A DNA stretch of 64,000 nucleotides. Source: Alphaproteobacteria bacterium. GTDB taxonomy: Bacteria; Pseudomonadota; Alphaproteobacteria; Rs-D84. The stretch covers positions 80,445 through 144,444 of the forward strand of contig JAFZZS010000005.1 in the NCBI GenBank assembly GCA_017615655.1, written 5' to 3'. The translations under genes were made by a program, and so were the position numbers. Shown one piece after another: positions 58,667 to 64,000 of the stretch. How positions within the stretch are numbered: position 1 is the stretch's first letter; every line of letters starts with the position of its first letter. The notes beneath the pieces are model-generated. The model was not told the origin of the DNA. It ran no database searches and saw nothing but the letters and a program-made list of their open reading frames with translations.

Positions 58667-59976
58667 AATCACATAATCGCATTTTTTCAAATTTCTTTTC
58701 AAATCGTGGAACGGTGCTGATAGAGTTTTTATTAACAATCGGGCTTGCTGCGACATTAATGCCTTTTATATACAGTTATCAACAGCGCGCTTTGACACGT
58801 GCAGAAAATGTTAAAGTAACCAAGAGTATGCAAAAAATTCAATCTATTTTAGAGCGCTATATCGTTGAAAACAAGGATCGTATGTTGATAACTGTTGGCA
58901 GAACAATATTCAAATTGAATTTGTCGGATTTGATAGACTATGGTTTAGACGAAGAATTTGTACGTGCCGCAGAAAATAAATACCAATTAAGAGTATTAAA
59001 GTCGATGGATTCGAGTGACCAGGCTACTCTTCAAGGTGTCATAGTTCTTAATGATGCGGATATTACCCCATTGCGTACACGTGAAATTGTTTTGCTGGGC
59101 GATGAAAAAATAGGTTTTATTGATGGAACACGTGCATATGGAGGATTTGGAACATGGCGCACAGATACAGTTGATTTGGGAATCGAAGGAACATCTGGAA
59201 TTGTCCAAACAACAAATATAAATCGTGATAATTCATTATATTTGTGGCGTGTTCCATCTGATTCTGCGGCAGATGCTACAATGCTTTCTGCGTTAAATCT
59301 TGGTGAACGTGATATTAAAAATGCAACATTTGTAAATACGATGGGACTTTCATTAGGTGAAACACTAGAAATAAAAAAAGCCGTGGTGAATGATTTAATC
59401 TTTAAAAATCGTACCACCATAGATACAGAATTTAAAACCCCCAGTGGTGTAGTATCAGGGACGTTAGCGGGCGATTCAAAAAATATAGCAATTTCAGGAA
59501 CACTAAATTTGGCGGACATAGCAAAGGTTTCAAATCTTACAGCAGATAATTTATGGGTAAATGAATTGACGTTGGCGGGTCTTTCTACACCATCTGATAC
59601 TGCGTCTACATTGCGTTCAGCGGGTTCATTAGATATGACCGAGGGTCGTATCAGCGCGCTTTATATCACAGTTGGTTTTACTGGTTCATTAACATCGCGC
59701 CTTGTAGTTAAAAATAAAATTATGGATTCGGTAAACAAAGATTATTTTTGGGATGTTAAATCCAGAACAGCAAATTTGGCGGATATAACGTCACCAACCT
59801 TGAATGATTTAGCATACAAAATACTGCGGCGTGAATCGATATCTGGTTCTGCGTCTACACGCATTTTTAGCAGTGTTGTGTCAAATAAAAACGCAACGGT
59901 TGCAGACTTTATGAATGCTATAAATGAAATTCAACAAAATGTGCGTGGGAAATATCACATGTTGAAATTAGAATAA
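58663..59976 (+). CDS. PilV-like minor pilin/adhesin 3
   Basis: NRG|TVLIE, P18-F19, YLWR...TMLSALNLG..DI.NA. ATGA overlap with the previous gene. Confidence 0.75.
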   Translation: MKSHNRIFSNFFSNRGTVLIEFLLTIGLAATLMPFIYSYQQRALTRAENVKVTKSMQKIQSILERYIVENKDRMLITVGRTIFKLNLSDLIDYGLDEEFVRAAENKYQLRVLKSMDSSDQATLQGVIVLNDADITPLRTREIVLLGDEKIGFIDGTRAYGGFGTWRTDTVDLGIEGTSGIVQTTNINRDNSLYLWRVPSDSAADATMLSALNLGERDIKNATFVNTMGLSLGETLEIKKAVVNDLIFKNRTTIDTEFKTPSGVVSGTLAGDSKNIAISGTLNLADIAKVSNLTADNLWVNELTLAGLSTPSDTASTLRSAGSLDMTEGRISALYITVGFTGSLTSRLVVKNKIMDSVNKDYFWDVKSRTANLADITSPTLNDLAYKILRRESISGSASTRIFSSVVSNKNATVADFMNAINEIQQNVRGKYHMLKLE

Positions 59977-59999
59977 TTTATGATATAACAGGATATGCC

Positions 60000-60521
60000 A
60001 TGAAGATAAAATGTGAAGTTTGTAAAACAGAATATGCATTACCAAACGATACTACGTGCCCTGTACGTTGTGCGGTTTGTGGTAATGTTTGGACACCACC
60101 ACGTGCAAATCGGCGCAGTGGTATAATGGTTTTCATTGCATCACTTTGTGCGTTACTTGCGGCCACAATTTTTGCAGTCGCTGTTATTGTTACATCACGT
60201 CGCGATGATCCGAATAAACGCCCACTTGTTGCGACAATAACAGATGTTTCAACAATAAACGAGGATGAAAATACCCCAAAGATTGTCGTAAAGGGAACAG
60301 TAACCAATCGTTCCGATGATATCTATGGTTTACCAGATTTGATAATCGTTCTTTATGATGCTGCGGGTGCGCCTGTGGTCAGACAGAAATTTATGCCATC
60401 TGCAACCTTATTAGATGCGGGACAATCTGTTGAATTCTCGCATACATTATCTGGAATCGAAGGCGGTGTAAAACGCGTTTCCGTCGAACTGATGGAAGCA
60501 GAACAAGGAGGGACGAAATAA
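60000..60521 (+). CDS. zitP: ZitP-like zinc-ribbon / TM / DUF3426 protein
   Basis: MKIKCEVCKTEY...VRCAVCGNVW zinc finger, TM helix, V.GTVTN.S..Y.LP.L...LYDA.G. Confidence 0.75.
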   Translation: MKIKCEVCKTEYALPNDTTCPVRCAVCGNVWTPPRANRRSGIMVFIASLCALLAATIFAVAVIVTSRRDDPNKRPLVATITDVSTINEDENTPKIVVKGTVTNRSDDIYGLPDLIIVLYDAAGAPVVRQKFMPSATLLDAGQSVEFSHTLSGIEGGVKRVSVELMEAEQGGTK

Positions 60522-60985
60522 TGAAAAAAATTATCGCAATATTTCTATTATTGTTGCCGATTTGTGCAGTTGCAAATGATAACCCACTACCGCCACTATC
60601 GCCACGTGTAAGCATTTTTTCCACAACAACAGATTGGGCGGCACTTACTGGATTGCCGTTGCGTCAATTTACCGGAAATTTCAGTTGGACTAATTCAGAT
60701 GTAATGCGAGGAATGGTTTTGTATTATTTAGATTCTTTCCCTTGTTATGGCGAGGCCGATAGTGTTCGTATATGGCTTGGACCGAATAGACAATCAGAGG
60801 GAAAATTGCGACTTGTCTGTGTTCATGCGCCTGATACAATTAGTTTCGCATGGCGCAATGCAACACGCGATGCAGACCAAGCAGAAAGCAAAGGTATCTT
60901 AACCTGCCCAGTAACAGGTGATTATGAATTAAAAATAGATATATCCAAATGTGTGCGCGGTCCTGAATGGAAGGAATACAAATAA
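60521..60985 (+). CDS. Hypothetical secreted protein
   Basis: Signal peptide, 4 Cys in the mature part, start overlaps the zitP stop. Confidence 0.7.
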   Translation: MKKIIAIFLLLLPICAVANDNPLPPLSPRVSIFSTTTDWAALTGLPLRQFTGNFSWTNSDVMRGMVLYYLDSFPCYGEADSVRIWLGPNRQSEGKLRLVCVHAPDTISFAWRNATRDADQAESKGILTCPVTGDYELKIDISKCVRGPEWKEYK

Positions 60986-60988
60986 CTT

Positions 60989-61942
60989 ATGGTTGATATA
61001 CGTGAATTTGTTGTTTCTGATGAATCCGCAGGATTGCGGCTAGATAAATTTTTGGTTGGGGTTTTACCAAATTTTTCACGCAGTGAAATCCAACGTTTTA
61101 CAATATATCGAAATGGTGCAAGTGCAAAGTTTTCCGACAAAGTTAAACCTAGTGATAAAATAAAAATCGAAGTGCCCGAGCATCATACTGATGTTGCGAT
61201 GGATAATATTTCGGATGAATTGGATCTGGATATCATTTACGAAGACGAAGACATTATTGTCGTGAATAAACCGCGTGGTGTTGTGATGTATCCAGCGGCG
61301 GGTAATAAAACAGGAACATTGGTTCAAAACATATTGTCATATACACACTTGTCATCACTTGGTGGGGAAACCCGCCCTGGTGTCGTTCACCGTTTGGATA
61401 AGGACACCAGTGGCATAGTTGTTTTGGCAAAATCAGATAGGGCATATCGTGAATTGATAAAAATATTTTCTGTGCATGATTTAACACGAAAATATGTGGC
61501 ATTCGTTTGGGGGGTGCCGAATTGGACAGGTGCCGATATTACCGGAAACATTGCACGGTCTTCACGTAATAGACAAAAGATGACAATGGTAAAATCTGGG
61601 GGTAAGCCAGCACATACTGTTGTTGATGTGTTAAATGTTTGGCCGCGGACAGGTGTATCAGAGTTTCGGTGCACGCTTATGACTGGACGGACGCATCAAA
61701 TAAGGGTTCATTTGTCGGCGCATGGTTTTCCGGTATTATGCGACCCCGTCTATGGTCGCGCATCATCAAGACTAGGTTCGGTTCGCAACCCAGAATTATT
61801 AGATTTTTTAAAAGAGCATCATGGTCAAATGTTGCATGCGCAGATTCTAGAGTTTAATCACCCAATTACCGGTCAAAAAATGCATTTTAAAACAGAATTA
61901 CCAGATGATATGTTGGAATTGAAAGCGATTTTAGATAGCTAA
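60989..61942 (+). CDS. rluD: RluA/RluD-family 23S rRNA pseudouridine synthase
   Basis: RLDKFL, NKPRGVV..P, RPGVVHRLDKDTSG, TGRTHQIRVH, QMLHA. Confidence 0.93.
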   Translation: MVDIREFVVSDESAGLRLDKFLVGVLPNFSRSEIQRFTIYRNGASAKFSDKVKPSDKIKIEVPEHHTDVAMDNISDELDLDIIYEDEDIIVVNKPRGVVMYPAAGNKTGTLVQNILSYTHLSSLGGETRPGVVHRLDKDTSGIVVLAKSDRAYRELIKIFSVHDLTRKYVAFVWGVPNWTGADITGNIARSSRNRQKMTMVKSGGKPAHTVVDVLNVWPRTGVSEFRCTLMTGRTHQIRVHLSAHGFPVLCDPVYGRASSRLGSVRNPELLDFLKEHHGQMLHAQILEFNHPITGQKMHFKTELPDDMLELKAILDS

Positions 61943-62040
61943 TTTTTCCCCCTAATAATAATCGCTGACACCGACCACTTTTTTCTTTTTTTTTATTCGG
62001 TTGTATGGTATAATTAATTGATACCAAAAGGGGACCGAGA

Positions 62041-64000
62041 ATGAATATTCTGACAAAATATAGTGGATTTTTGGCTGTTTTATGCCTTGTTAATGTGGCA
62101 AATGCGGCGGGCGGACTGCGTACAACTACGGGAAATACGTCGCGTATTTCTGTGGCCACAGCACCAGGTACCAATACCAAAACGATGACGGCAACCCAGG
62201 CGGCTGCGCGTCGTTTACCGACAATGATATCAACCAGTTCGGTTGTCACAACGGGTACCACAAGCACAACAACAGCGTCGCTTTTGACCAAAACAGAATG
62301 TGTCGAACAATACACAGAATGTATCAAAGAAGCGGATGTCTGTGGTTTTGAATTTGAAGAATGTACAACATCCGAATTGTTCTATGCGAAAAAACCCCAG
62401 TGTAACAACGTATTGTTGCAATGCGCGGCTGATGGTATCAATGCTCTTTTTGGAACAAACAACACAACAAATCTTGCAACCAAGAACGCAAATGGTGAAT
62501 ACGTGTATCCAACCGCAGGCAGTATTCTTGGTCAATTTATTGAGGCAGGACATATAAACAATCTTTACGACACCAGTACATGTGTAAAACGTGTTACATC
62601 ATGTTTGAAAAAAGAAAATGTATGTGGCGAGGATTTTGAACTTTGCACAACTAACAAAGAATTCAAAAAACAGAAGTTATTCTGTGAATCTACATTGGCA
62701 CGTTGCCAAGAAGGTGGTTTAACAGAATTGTTCGGTTCTGCAAGTTCATCTGCAAATCCGACCAGTGCCAGTCGTTTGGGTGTTATGATTTCCGAAGGTG
62801 CGGAACTGGCATCTGTGAATGCGGTTTCTACGTGTTACAAGGTCGCAGATCAATGTATATTGTCAGCATGTACTGCAAACCCATACAGATGTATCAAAGA
62901 CAGCAGTTTCGCCCTTTCAACAATCACTGATGCGGTTAACGAAGGCAAAGGTTTGCCACCAGAACAAGCCGAAGCATCCTCGGATGTTGTTACACAAAAA
63001 CAAGTTTCTGGATTTATCATGAATTCATGTCTTGATACTATTGGCGGAAACAAATATTGCTATGCCACCGCGAACGACGGAAAAATGCCATCAGCAGCAC
63101 AGTTAATGGATCCAGACAATCGTGACGAAGTTTATGCGAATATTTATGCATCTCGTATGAATGCGGGCATGATGGATAAGATTCAGAAAATGGCTGATAA
63201 GTTTGACAAGAAAACCAAAGATAAATGCAGCGACACAATTATGTCTTGTGCAATGCGTTCATGTGGTTCAGGTTTAGGTTCTATGTGTTATAGCTTGGTA
63301 TTCGGTCAGGGTCGTCAAATGGCCGACTTCAAGGGAACAATAAACGGTGACAATTCATACCAAGAAATTAAAAATGGGTGCGAAGCGATTGTGAATACTG
63401 ATGCAAATTGTCAGTACGCGGCCGCAACAGCAAATGCAAATACATATAATTACAACTATTCTGATTCTGGCACGTTTGGAACATTGTTCCCGTTATATTC
63501 AGAAAGCGAATCGGATCCATTGGGTGTAGTCGCAAGACTTAATGCCGCATTAGCCGATAATTATAATGATGCAGCGATTGCAGCATTGGCAAAACAGTGT
63601 AAAAACACCGCGGTTAGTTGCATTAAATCTATGTGCGGTTCTGATTACACAAATTGCTATCGTAACCGGACCGATATCATGTCCGATACATACGATACCG
63701 GCAATTCTGCATTCGACCACAGTATGAACAAGGTTGGTGGCGTACTTGACTTTACAATCGTTACCGGACTTTGCATGGAAACGGTCAAGAGTGCAACCGC
63801 CTGTGATGAGCATTTGAAAATACAATCTGTTCGTTACATGTCCGATGATGGAGCAGAAGGTTGGGGTAAAAACAGTGTTCGTACAGCGTGGGTTGATGCA
63901 GTAAAAACAGGATATAAACAAGCCACGGATGCAAATGGTAATGTAAAGAAATATACCGAAACAGTTTTGATGGGTTGTACAGTTGGTACCAGCAGTACTT
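62041..64000 (+). CDS. Large cysteine-rich secreted protein (3' partial; absent from the ORF track)
   Basis: ATG 62041, signal peptide MNILTKYSGFLAVLCLVNVANA, Thr-rich linker, repeated Cys modules. No in-frame stop before the window end. Confidence 0.9.
   Translation, partial: MNILTKYSGFLAVLCLVNVANAAGGLRTTTGNTSRISVATAPGTNTKTMTATQAAARRLPTMISTSSVVTTGTTSTTTASLLTKTECVEQYTECIKEADVCGFEFEECTTSELFYAKKPQCNNVLLQCAADGINALFGTNNTTNLATKNANGEYVYPTAGSILGQFIEAGHINNLYDTSTCVKRVTSCLKKENVCGEDFELCTTNKEFKKQKLFCESTLARCQEGGLTELFGSASSSANPTSASRLGVMISEGAELASVNAVSTCYKVADQCILSACTANPYRCIKDSSFALSTITDAVNEGKGLPPEQAEASSDVVTQKQVSGFIMNSCLDTIGGNKYCYATANDGKMPSAAQLMDPDNRDEVYANIYASRMNAGMMDKIQKMADKFDKKTKDKCSDTIMSCAMRSCGSGLGSMCYSLVFGQGRQMADFKGTINGDNSYQEIKNGCEAIVNTDANCQYAAATANANTYNYNYSDSGTFGTLFPLYSESESDPLGVVARLNAALADNYNDAAIAALAKQCKNTAVSCIKSMCGSDYTNCYRNRTDIMSDTYDTGNSAFDHSMNKVGGVLDFTIVTGLCMETVKSATACDEHLKIQSVRYMSDDGAEGWGKNSVRTAWVDAVKTGYKQATDANGNVKKYTETVLMGCTVGTSST

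Noticed and set aside
56107-59976. Shufflon (invertible PilV C-termini)
   Set aside because: I saw no Rci-type recombinase, no inverted partial C-terminal cassettes and no repeated sfx-like sites; all three genes are full length and co-oriented.

Overview
A 64-kb, AT-rich chromosomal segment of an alphaproteobacterium (alpha-type SspB, RpoH, DUF4167, ZitP-like protein, Pal). The gene style suggests a reduced, host-associated lineage such as Rs-D84/'Ca. Enterousia'; this is inference, not a database result. Most of the window is housekeeping: nth, mreB, rnpA-yidD, accBC, recF-sspB, a TolC-MacAB-type efflux operon, rsmG-parA-parB, pal, infC, xseB-mutS, truB-rpsO-pnp, lptF-lptD-surA-rlmN, nusA-infB, dnaX, skp-lpxD-fabZ, rsmE, rpoH, yfgM-bamB-der, rluD, tRNA-Cys and tRNA-Val. 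Many normally conserved operons are reduced to fragments. I found no integrase, transposase, CRISPR array or rRNA. The best candidate for an undescribed system is a chromosomal type IVb-like pilus whose parts are scattered. Three translationally coupled, PilV/shufflon-N-like minor pilins (56107-59976) with identically registered non-canonical prepilin N-termini sit directly upstream of a ZitP-like polarity/pilus factor. A PilS-like pilin (39469) and an orphan VirD4 coupling protein (45438-47696) lie elsewhere in the window. Other notable items: a ParB whose four parS-specificity residues are changed (R-T-A-G to E-S-G-S), with two non-canonical parS-like palindromes upstream of parA; two large cysteine-rich secreted proteins (one runs off the right end and is missing from the ORF track); a T17 tract abutting the promoter of a secreted protein; a stand-alone TrpF-like barrel; and several autoregulatory elements (ATT-initiated infC, pnp leader hairpin, rimP-type leader without rimP).
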